From the NCBI GenBank assembly GCA_038046005.1, contig JBBSXB010000001.1, forward strand, positions 52,769 through 116,768: a stretch of DNA of 64,000 bases. Direction: 5' to 3'. Under the pieces are notes generated by a model that worked only from the letters and a program-made list of their open reading frames with translations, had not been told where the DNA came from and searched no databases. Shown here in pieces: positions 26,269-34,456 of this stretch; the stretch's first letter is position 1, and every line of letters begins with the position of its first letter. Both the position numbers and the translations under genes were made by a program. Source of the stretch: Nanobdellota archaeon. GTDB lineage: Archaea > Nanobdellota > Nanobdellia > Pacearchaeales > GW2011-AR1.

Positions 26269-26691
26269 ATGATTGTAGCAATAAGAATCAAAGGAGATGT
26301 AAACATAGACCCTAGAATAAAGGAAACACTTTACAGAATCAGGCTTAGAAGAAAATATTCTTGTGTGGTCATTAAACCAGATCCCGTTAGCCTAGGGGTC
26401 ATAAAAAAACTAACAAGTTTTATTGCATATGGAGAGATAAATGAAGAAACTTTGCACAATTTAATTGAAAAGCGAGGAAAACCGATTGACAAAAAAAAGA
26501 AAATAGATGTAAAAAAAGTTGTTGAAGAAATTAAAAAAGGGAAAAAATTTGAAGATTTAAACTTGAAACCATTTTTCAGGCTTCATCCTCCAAGAGGAGG
26601 AATAGACAGTGGAAAACACTTTGGAGTCAAAAAAGGAGTTTTGGGAAATAACAGAGAACATATTAATAAATTAATAGAGAGAATGTTGTAA
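26269..26691 (+). CDS. rpl30: Ribosomal protein L30 (uL30)
   Basis: 140 aa. Canonical position after S5. Confidence 0.85.
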   Translation: MIVAIRIKGDVNIDPRIKETLYRIRLRRKYSCVVIKPDPVSLGVIKKLTSFIAYGEINEETLHNLIEKRGKPIDKKKKIDVKKVVEEIKKGKKFEDLNLKPFFRLHPPRGGIDSGKHFGVKKGVLGNNREHINKLIERML

Positions 26692-26692
26692 T

Positions 26693-27157
26693 ATGAAAAC
26701 AAAAAAACGTAAAAAGTCGTCAAGAATGCACGGCAGAGGAATGGGCAGCAATGGAAGAGGATTTAGAAAGAAAGGAAAGGGTAAGGGTCATCGAGGAGGA
26801 AAAGGGATGGCTGGAACAGGAAAAAGAGCTGACCAAAAAAAAACTCTCGTACAAAAGCTTTATGGTCACGAATATTTCGGAAAACAAGGAATAACGAGCA
26901 GAGGAACAAGAAGAGATAAAAGAAAGAAAATAAATTTGAGGGACATATCAAATAACCTGAATAAATATGGGAAGAAAAGCGGAGATAAATGGGAGATAAA
27001 TTTAAGCGAATACAAAATACTTGGTGAAGGGGAAGTCACTCACAAACTTGTAATCAAGGCAAAAGAAGCTTCACAATCTGCAATTGAAAAAGTTGAAAAT
27101 GCTGGCGGTTCTATAATCCTTTCCGGAAAAAAAGAAAAGATTGAAAAAGAAGGGTGA
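26693..27157 (+). CDS. rpl15: Ribosomal protein L15 (uL15)
   Basis: 154 aa. Gly/Arg/Lys-rich N-terminal region. Confidence 0.85.
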   Translation: MKTKKRKKSSRMHGRGMGSNGRGFRKKGKGKGHRGGKGMAGTGKRADQKKTLVQKLYGHEYFGKQGITSRGTRRDKRKKINLRDISNNLNKYGKKSGDKWEINLSEYKILGEGEVTHKLVIKAKEASQSAIEKVENAGGSIILSGKKEKIEKEG

Positions 27158-27175
27158 ATTTAAGAGTGGATTAAA

Positions 27176-28609
27176 ATGAACTTTAAGCAGATATTTAATT
27201 ACATACCTGAGGTGAAAAAACCTGAGGAAAAAAAGCTCAGCTTTAATGTGAAGCTTAAGTGGACTCTTATTATTCTTGCAGCTTTTTTCGTTTTGGCAAA
27301 TATTTCTCTTTTTGGATTAAGCCAAAATTCACTTTCCAGGTTTGAATATCTTGCAATAATTCTTGGAACAGATTTTGGAAGCATAATATCGTTAGGAATA
27401 GGTCCGATAGTTATGGCTTCGATTATTTTGCAATTATTAGCTGGGTCGGGAATTTTGAATATTGACCAGACTACAGAAGAAGGGAAAAAATTTTTCCAAG
27501 GAATACAAACACTTATGGTGTTTTTCTTCATAATATTCGAGGCATTAATATACGTAATAATGCAAGGTCTTCAGGCGGCGCCAGGACTGACGGAAGTCGT
27601 TATATTTCAACTGATTCTTGGAGGATTAGCTATATTCTATATGGATCAGGTGACCACAAAATGGGGATTTGGAAGCGGAGTTAGTTTGTTTATTGCTGCA
27701 GGAGTCTCATGGAGGCTTATGACTGGAGGATTTCAGTTCATAAATCAGCAAGGAAGAAATTGTCTTTTAGATTTCAACAACACTCCTTGTGCGGGAAAAG
27801 TTCTTGTTTTACTCCAATCAATTGTAAATAGAGCCCCTATTGAGTTGACATCTGCTTTATCTGCAATACTTGCTACTATAGCAATAACATTGCTTGTTGT
27901 CTGGGCTCAATCTCTTAAAGTTGAAATTCCACTCTCGTTTGGCAGAATAAGAGGATATACTGTAAAATGGCCTCTTGCATTCTTTTACGCATCAAATATT
28001 CCAGTAATTCTTACAGCTGCCTTGGTTGCAAATATGCAGCTCTTTGGGGGGTTAATTGAAAACGCTGCTACAAGCTGTGCTCAAGGAACTTGTTCTGCGT
28101 TAGCAGGTTTTGCGTCACATTTAACATTTTTAGGAACTTTCATTAATGGACAACCGGTGTCAGGATTAGCATTTTGGGTCGGCTCAAATAATATTTTAGA
28201 CTTAATAATCAGAGGCGGACTTTTACCTAGATACTTGCTTCAAGGACTTACACATATAGTGTTTTTTATGGGTTTATCAATGATATTCTCTGTTTTTTGG
28301 GTTAAAACATCTGGGATGGACGCAAAGGCCCAAGCACATAAAATTTCTGCTTCAGGATTACAAGTTTCTGGTTTCAGACAGGATGAAAGAATTCTTGAAT
28401 CTATATTGTCTAGGTATATAATGCCTTTAACTGTGATGGGGGGAGCTGCTGTCGGACTCTTAGCTGCAACAACAGATTTGCTTGGGGCTTTAGTTTCAGG
28501 AACAGCAATATTATTAGTCGTAATGATAATGTTCCAGTTCTATCAGAGCATTGCGCAGCAACATCAGACAGACATGAATCCTGCAATAAGAAAATTCATG
28601 GGTAGCTAA
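27176..28609 (+). CDS. secY: Preprotein translocase subunit SecY
   Basis: 477 aa, 10 TM. Canonical position at the end of the spc-like operon. Confidence 0.9.
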   Translation: MNFKQIFNYIPEVKKPEEKKLSFNVKLKWTLIILAAFFVLANISLFGLSQNSLSRFEYLAIILGTDFGSIISLGIGPIVMASIILQLLAGSGILNIDQTTEEGKKFFQGIQTLMVFFFIIFEALIYVIMQGLQAAPGLTEVVIFQLILGGLAIFYMDQVTTKWGFGSGVSLFIAAGVSWRLMTGGFQFINQQGRNCLLDFNNTPCAGKVLVLLQSIVNRAPIELTSALSAILATIAITLLVVWAQSLKVEIPLSFGRIRGYTVKWPLAFFYASNIPVILTAALVANMQLFGGLIENAATSCAQGTCSALAGFASHLTFLGTFINGQPVSGLAFWVGSNNILDLIIRGGLLPRYLLQGLTHIVFFMGLSMIFSVFWVKTSGMDAKAQAHKISASGLQVSGFRQDERILESILSRYIMPLTVMGGAAVGLLAATTDLLGALVSGTAILLVVMIMFQFYQSIAQQHQTDMNPAIRKFMGS

Positions 28610-28683
28610 GCTTTAAAAAAGAGATTCTCTTAACACTAAAATGAACAAAATAAAAAAGGGAGTAAATTCCTTTTCTAAATAAA

Positions 28684-29220
28684 ATGAATAAAGAAGGAAG
28701 TTTCAAACCTGTAGTCATAGTATTGGTGATTTCTATGCTCATCGCTTTTTTTTGGAATAGTTTGACTTTTCTTAAAGATGGAGTGCATGCAGTCTTAAAC
28801 CCCACTCTTGGTGCTTTGATAAATTGGAATGTTAACATTGGAATGTCAATTGTAGTTTTGTTGATAACTGTTGTCACAACTGTGGTTCAAAAGTATACAA
28901 CAGATCAAGAAGCCTTAAAAGATTTGAAAAAGCAGCAAAAAGAAATGAATGAAAAGGCCAAACAGCACAGAAGCGACCCGCAAAAAATGCTCGAGATACA
29001 GAAAGAAATGGCTCCTTTAAGCATAAAGATGATGAAGCTTAGCATGAGGGCATTTGTATTTACCGCAATTCCTTTGCTTTTGTTCATCAGATGGTTTGTG
29101 GACTTCTTCACAAGCATAGGAAATCCAAAGATATTCGGATTTTTCAGCTGGCTTTGGTTTTACATATTGTTCAGCCTTATTGTAAGTGCAATCCTTAGAA
29201 AGATTATGAAAATTGTCTAA
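28684..29220 (+). CDS. DUF106 family membrane protein (archaeal YidC/Oxa1/EMC3-like insertase)
   Basis: 178 aa: TM, coiled-coil (KDLKKQQKEMNEKAKQ...MLEIQKEMAP), then two TM segments. Matches the architecture of archaeal DUF106 proteins, which commonly follow secY. Confidence 0.55.
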   Translation: MNKEGSFKPVVIVLVISMLIAFFWNSLTFLKDGVHAVLNPTLGALINWNVNIGMSIVVLLITVVTTVVQKYTTDQEALKDLKKQQKEMNEKAKQHRSDPQKMLEIQKEMAPLSIKMMKLSMRAFVFTAIPLLLFIRWFVDFFTSIGNPKIFGFFSWLWFYILFSLIVSAILRKIMKIV

Positions 29221-29248
29221 GGGACTTTGTTTACAAAGTGATTTCTGT

Positions 29249-30019
29249 TTAAAAAGTTGCTAGATAATTTTCATATTGGATTTTTATTAATTTGTAACCA
29301 TACTTTTTAAAAAATTGAATTACTTCTTTATAACAATTGTCATTTATCTCAATAATCACATTTTTTATTCTTTTTTTTGAGAAAAGATTTATTCCACCCT
29401 TTAAAATATTAAATTCTGAACCATCAACATCTATTTTAATCAAATCAATTTCCTTATTCTTAAAAAGATTATCCAATGTGTCTGTTTTAACTATTTCGAA
29501 TCCCTCACGTAGCCAATTATTAAACTTCTCTCTGCCTTTTCTGTTGCTTAATCCTACCCTAATTGGATAAACATTCTTGAGATTATTTAGGGATATGTTT
29601 TTATTCAATGTAATAAAATTCTTCTTATCAACTTCTATCGGAAACACCTCTGCATTAGGATTAACTTTACTAGCAAGAATAGTATATTTTCCTATATGTG
29701 CCCCCACATCTACAATAACTTTACTTTTCTTTGCAATTTTTTCAAAAACTTTTCCAGTTTCAAACTCATAAGAACCTGAAACAATATGCAGGTCAAGGCA
29801 TTTCTCCTTGCATAAAAATAAACCATAACCATTGTCTATTATTGTGGGTTTCATTAAAGTGTCTCCCATTGAAAATCTATCTTTCTTAAGAATCAACTTT
29901 TCAATTAGCCTACAAAACAAATATTTTAACTTTTCTTTTTGAACCGAAACATTATCTAAGAAACTGTTGCCCTTTAATTTAATAAATGATTGTAATTTGT
30001 TCATCTTTTCTATATGCAT
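29249..30019 (-). CDS. FkbM-family SAM-dependent methyltransferase
   Basis: 256 aa. DVGAHIGKYT and the IEVDKKNF...L.NV-like FkbM signature. Confidence 0.7.
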   Translation of the reverse strand: MHIEKMNKLQSFIKLKGNSFLDNVSVQKEKLKYLFCRLIEKLILKKDRFSMGDTLMKPTIIDNGYGLFLCKEKCLDLHIVSGSYEFETGKVFEKIAKKSKVIVDVGAHIGKYTILASKVNPNAEVFPIEVDKKNFITLNKNISLNNLKNVYPIRVGLSNRKGREKFNNWLREGFEIVKTDTLDNLFKNKEIDLIKIDVDGSEFNILKGGINLFSKKRIKNVIIEINDNCYKEVIQFFKKYGYKLIKIQYENYLATF

Positions 30020-30064
30020 AATTGTGCAGAAGTGATATTTAAAATTATCGGTATAATTAAACCT

Positions 30065-30283
30065 ATGTCAAGAGATAGTATTTTGGACATTACGGAAAAA
30101 ATATTAAAAAGGCTCTCTAACAAGAAAGAGCATACAATAAACAATATTTCAAATGAATTAAAGATTCAATGGAGAACTTCTGTTAAAGTTTTGGAATTTC
30201 TTGAAAGGATAGGTTTAGCTAAAGAAAGAAGGGGTAAAATAACTTACAAACAAGAGAGGTTGTTTAGTATTAGGAAGAAATAG
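30065..30283 (+). CDS. Small winged-helix DNA-binding protein (putative regulator)
   Basis: About 72 aa from the internal Met. ILKRLSNKKEHTINNISNELKIQWRTSVKVLEFLERIGLAKERRGKITY resembles wHTH. Divergent from the FkbM gene. Confidence 0.35.
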   Translation: MSRDSILDITEKILKRLSNKKEHTINNISNELKIQWRTSVKVLEFLERIGLAKERRGKITYKQERLFSIRKK

Positions 30284-30384
30284 TTTTTATATAAATTCTT
30301 AGACATTTCTGTTTAATAAACCAAGCTTTTAAATAAAATCTTGTCTAAGGAAAGTTTTATAATCTCTTATTTCTCTTTTCGATT

Positions 30385-30780
30385 ATGGAAAACCCCGAAC
30401 AGGAATTAATGTTCAAATTAAGTTACTTTGAACAGCAGATTAAGCTATTGCAGAATCAACTGGAGGCTGTTGAGCAAGCCTTGTTTGAGCTGTCCAATCT
30501 GAGCGACGGGCTGAATGAAATGAAAAATGGAAAGGACAGAGAAATTTTAGCGAGTGTTGGAAGAGGCATATTCGCAAAAGCAAAACTTTTATCTGACGAG
30601 CTTATTGTAGATGTTGGCGGAAAGAATTTTGTGAAGAAAAGCATTCCAGATACACAGAATATTATTGAAGCTCAATCTGAAAAATTAGAAATGATAAGGA
30701 AAGAGCTGGAAGATAATTTGGAAAAGGTTAATGAAGAAGTCACCAAAACTTTTGAAGAGGCTCAGAATAAGAGTGGATAA
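30385..30780 (+). CDS. pfdA: Prefoldin alpha subunit
   Basis: 131 aa. Coiled coil, two beta-hairpins (ILASVGRGIFAKAKLLSDELIVDVGGKNFVKKSI), coiled coil. Confidence 0.7.
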   Translation: MENPEQELMFKLSYFEQQIKLLQNQLEAVEQALFELSNLSDGLNEMKNGKDREILASVGRGIFAKAKLLSDELIVDVGGKNFVKKSIPDTQNIIEAQSEKLEMIRKELEDNLEKVNEEVTKTFEEAQNKSG

Positions 30781-30787
30781 AAAAAGG

Positions 30788-31603
30788 CTACTTAGCTTTT
30801 CTCACAAACTCACTATAGCTTAATATTCCAAGCTCACTAATTATCTTTGTTATATATTTTTTAGGCACAAATTCAAATGCAGGATTTTTTATCTTTACAT
30901 TTCTTGGCACTTTATCCCAAACTTCATTCAAAGATCTTTGTTCAATTGGAATCTTGTTTTTTGAGAACTTCCAAGAATCAGCGATGATATAAACAGGGAC
31001 TTTATGGTCATATGCTATTTCTGCAAACATCCCACTTCCAATTTTGTTTATTATTCCATTTTTTAATAATGCGTCTGCCCCAAGAAATACTTTATCAACT
31101 TGAGTGTTTCCCTTTCCTCTGATGATAGCAATTCTTGCCCCAGAGTCAGCATATTGTGTAACTTTTATCCCAGCTTTTGCAAGTTCTTTAGCGGTTTTTC
31201 TACCTTGATACAAAGGACGAGTTTCAGTATTATAAACCTCAAAATTTTTTCCTTTCTTTTTTGTATAAATCAAAGAATTGACTACGTTAGTTGAATGGCA
31301 ATGTGTAAAAATTTTGTCCTTGTTTTTTATAATTTTCAGAACATTGTTATTAATTTCATTTTGTGCCTTATCAAAGTGGAGAACAATTTCATCGTAAGAT
31401 GATTTTTTGGATAAATCAAGAACCTTAGACAGCATTGGTTCTGTTGGTCTTGCTAAAAGAAGTTTTTTCTTTGAATTTAAGTTTGGAAGTAAAGAATAAG
31501 CTTTCAAAGCAGCTTTTGCAATGTTTCGGGCTCCTTGAATTTTGACTGATTTTATATCATTTATGATTTTATTAAGAAATCTCTTTTTTGTTAGCAAATC
31601 CAT
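30788..31603 (-). CDS. eIF-2B alpha/beta/delta (e2b2) family protein, putative ribose-1,5-bisphosphate isomerase
   Basis: 271 aa. THCHS (catalytic-Cys position) and GADALLKNG (catalytic-Asp position) as in isomerases of this family. Confidence 0.6.
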   Translation of the reverse strand: MDLLTKKRFLNKIINDIKSVKIQGARNIAKAALKAYSLLPNLNSKKKLLLARPTEPMLSKVLDLSKKSSYDEIVLHFDKAQNEINNNVLKIIKNKDKIFTHCHSTNVVNSLIYTKKKGKNFEVYNTETRPLYQGRKTAKELAKAGIKVTQYADSGARIAIIRGKGNTQVDKVFLGADALLKNGIINKIGSGMFAEIAYDHKVPVYIIADSWKFSKNKIPIEQRSLNEVWDKVPRNVKIKNPAFEFVPKKYITKIISELGILSYSEFVRKAK

Positions 31604-31663
31604 TTTTTAATAATGCAAAAAGAATATAAAAAGGTTTTTAAAAGTAATCAATGTCAAGTTTAA

Positions 31664-32443
31664 ATGCACTATAAAGAGATAATGCTCCATAGACTTAGAG
31701 ACTTAGACTCAATTTTAAGAGCTAAAAAGAAAACTAAACTGTTTTTGTATGTATTTCTAAGACAAGTTTTTAAGTTAATTGGAATAAATGAAGAAAGAAT
31801 AAAATCTTTGATTGAAAAAAACGAGTCTAAAGTTTTTGGAAATATTTTTTATGTTAGAGAAAAAACTTTAGACTTTCTGTTTGTATCAAAGTATTACGAA
31901 CCAGAAACAACTAATTTTATAAGAAAAACAAAAGGCGATGTTTTTATTGATGTTGGAGCGCACATTGGAAGATATGCTGTTTTGAGTTCTGAAAGTTATA
32001 AAAAAGTTTATGCCATAGAACCTCATCCAGGGAATTTTAAATCTCTTAATAAAAATGTAAAACGCAATAATTTGAAAAACGTTTTTTGTTTAAATTTTGC
32101 TGCTTCTAATTTTGAAAAAACACTTTTTTTGGAAGATTTAAACATAAATACTGGAACAGTGAAAATTGATCCAGATGGTAAAATTAAGGTTAAGGCGAAA
32201 AAACTAGACAACTTGATTAAAAAAAATTCTATAAACGTCAGAGATTTGGGTTTGGTGCTCATTGACGTAGAGGGTCATGAGATTGAGGTCTTAAATGGTG
32301 CAAAGAACATGTTAAAGATAGGCAAGGCAAAACTTATAGTAGAAACTTTTGACTTAGAAAAATTGACCAGATTTCTTGAAAAGTATGGTTACAAAAAAAG
32401 AAGAATTTTCGATTACTACAATTATTTATTCGTAAAAGAATAA
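31664..32443 (+). CDS. FkbM-family SAM-dependent methyltransferase (second copy)
   Basis: 259 aa. DVGAHIGRYAV and the FkbM core. Paralogous to 29249..30019. Confidence 0.7.
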   Translation: MHYKEIMLHRLRDLDSILRAKKKTKLFLYVFLRQVFKLIGINEERIKSLIEKNESKVFGNIFYVREKTLDFLFVSKYYEPETTNFIRKTKGDVFIDVGAHIGRYAVLSSESYKKVYAIEPHPGNFKSLNKNVKRNNLKNVFCLNFAASNFEKTLFLEDLNINTGTVKIDPDGKIKVKAKKLDNLIKKNSINVRDLGLVLIDVEGHEIEVLNGAKNMLKIGKAKLIVETFDLEKLTRFLEKYGYKKRRIFDYYNYLFVKE

Positions 32444-32481
32444 TTACGAAACTTTAAAAATTCTTCCTGCGTGCTAGAGAA

Positions 32482-33342
32482 ATGCTTGAGTCTATTATAA
32501 ATCCAAAGAATGTTGAAAAGGGATCGTGGAAAATGCTTTTTATAGGTTTAATATACGGTTCTCTTTCATTATTGTTGGTTAAATGGTTTTTTGGAGGAGA
32601 TGTCGTCCTTTCAAAATTTTCAGGAATGATAACTGTGACTTTTTGTGTCATGTTTTCTCTGCCATTTATGTATTACCTAATAAAACAAGAAGAGGAAGAA
32701 GATGAGGAGATTGAAGGATTTTTTAGTGTATGGAAAATGCACAAAAATGCAGTGTACTCATTCATGTGGCTTTTTTTGGGATTTATAATCTCTTTCGCAT
32801 TGTGGTATATGATTTTGCATGACTCTAATTTGTTCAATGCTCAGGTAGAAACATATTGTTTGATAAATAGCCCGGGAAACATAGAAGGGTGTGTCGCGAG
32901 GTATAATATAGAGAATACTGTTTCGACGACAGGAGCCGCAACTAAAGAGCTAAGACTTCTTTCAATTATAGAGAATAATGTCTATGTTATGATATTCACC
33001 CTTATCTTCTCTCTTATTTTTGGTGCTGGAGCAATATTTGTTTTGGCTTGGAATGCAAGCGTCATATCTGCTGCAATTGGAATCTTTACAAATTATAAGA
33101 TTAGTGAGATTCCATTTGGACTTCTGAGATATATGATTCATGGGTTCCCTGAAATAACTGCTTATTTTATAACTGCTTTGGCTGGGGGAATATTTGGTGT
33201 TGGGATAATAAGGAATGGGGTAAAAAGCCCCAAATTTTTAAGAATAGTTGAAAATGTAGTTGTTTTACTTTTTATAGCAATACTTATCTTAATTGTTGCA
33301 GGAATTATTGAAGTGTATTTCACCCCCATACTCTTTAATTGA
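32482..33342 (+). CDS. SpoIIM/DUF95-like integral membrane protein
   Basis: 286 aa, about 6 TM. HGFPEITAYFITALAGGIFG resembles the DUF95 HGxxElxA motif. Confidence 0.5.
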   Translation: MLESIINPKNVEKGSWKMLFIGLIYGSLSLLLVKWFFGGDVVLSKFSGMITVTFCVMFSLPFMYYLIKQEEEEDEEIEGFFSVWKMHKNAVYSFMWLFLGFIISFALWYMILHDSNLFNAQVETYCLINSPGNIEGCVARYNIENTVSTTGAATKELRLLSIIENNVYVMIFTLIFSLIFGAGAIFVLAWNASVISAAIGIFTNYKISEIPFGLLRYMIHGFPEITAYFITALAGGIFGVGIIRNGVKSPKFLRIVENVVVLLFIAILILIVAGIIEVYFTPILFN

Positions 33343-33389
33343 TAGGACAAATAAGTAATCTTTAAAAATAATCTTTTAATTTTATATTA

Positions 33390-34388
33390 ATGGAGATGCT
33401 TTTGATTCTTACAATTTTTATAAGTTTTAGTGTTACGTTTCTGATAATCCCGTACTGGATAAGAAAAGCTAGAGAAAATGGAATGGTTGCAAGAGACATG
33501 CACAAAAATGGAAAAGATGGTGTTGCAGAACATGGAGGAATTCCTGTTTTGTTTGGGTTGACAATCGGAATTTTGTCTTATATTGCTTTGAAAACATTTT
33601 ATTTCAAATCAGATGGTGAAACGATTTTTATTTTTGCATTGCTAAGTTCTGTTTTGATTAGTTCTATTGTTGGCCTTATGGACGATCTTCTCGGTTGGAA
33701 AAAAGGATTATCTAAAAAAATAAGACTTATTGCCATAGCTTTTGCAGCAATACCACTAATGGTAGTAAATGCGGGAGTAGATTCAGTTAGTTTACCTATT
33801 ATTGGAGGGGTTAACTTTGGATTATTATTCCCTCTAGTGATTATACCTTTAGGGATTGTTGGAGCTACAACAACTTTTAATTTTTTAGCAGGTTATAATG
33901 GATTGGAATCGAGCCAAGGAATTTTAATTCTAGGGGCTTTAGCTCTGGCAACATACATTACTGGAAGCAGTTGGGTGACTATTATTTGTTTATGTGGTGT
34001 AGCCTCACTTAGTGCCTTTTACATATTTAACAAACATCCTGCAGACATATTTCCAGGAAATATTTTAACTTATCTCACTGGAACTATGATTGCAGCAGTA
34101 GCGATTATAGGTAATGTAGAAAAAATAGCAATAATTTTCTTTATCCCTTACATTATTCAGACTGTATTGAAAGTAAGAGGAGGATTAAAAAAAGAGAGTT
34201 TTGCTGGTTTAAACAAAGATGGAAGTTTAGAAATGCCATATGACAAAGTATATGGATTAGAACATATAGCAATAGTAGTGTTAAAAAAAATAAGACCAAG
34301 CAAAAAAGTTTATGAAAAAGACGTTGTTTATTTGATAAACATTTTCCAGATTATATTTATTGCAATTGGATTTTTGACAATCTTATGA
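33390..34388 (+). CDS. aglH: Dolichyl-phosphate (UDP-)HexNAc-1-phosphate transferase (AglH/MraY/WecA family, GT4-like)
   Basis: 332 aa, about 10 TM. MDDLLG and NFLAGYNGLE motifs (the NxxxGxDGL of the MraY/WecA family). Confidence 0.8.
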   Translation: MEMLLILTIFISFSVTFLIIPYWIRKARENGMVARDMHKNGKDGVAEHGGIPVLFGLTIGILSYIALKTFYFKSDGETIFIFALLSSVLISSIVGLMDDLLGWKKGLSKKIRLIAIAFAAIPLMVVNAGVDSVSLPIIGGVNFGLLFPLVIIPLGIVGATTTFNFLAGYNGLESSQGILILGALALATYITGSSWVTIICLCGVASLSAFYIFNKHPADIFPGNILTYLTGTMIAAVAIIGNVEKIAIIFFIPYIIQTVLKVRGGLKKESFAGLNKDGSLEMPYDKVYGLEHIAIVVLKKIRPSKKVYEKDVVYLINIFQIIFIAIGFLTIL

Positions 34389-34456
34389 TTATTGTTCTGT
34401 GAATTATACCTTACAAAATCCATAAACCTTTAAAATGCCTTATTCTTAATGTCTAA

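Noticed and set aside
31664-31720. Short tandem duplication (agacttag agacttag) at the start of the second FkbM gene
   Set aside because: Only two 8-nt units, within a coding sequence. Too short to be meaningful.
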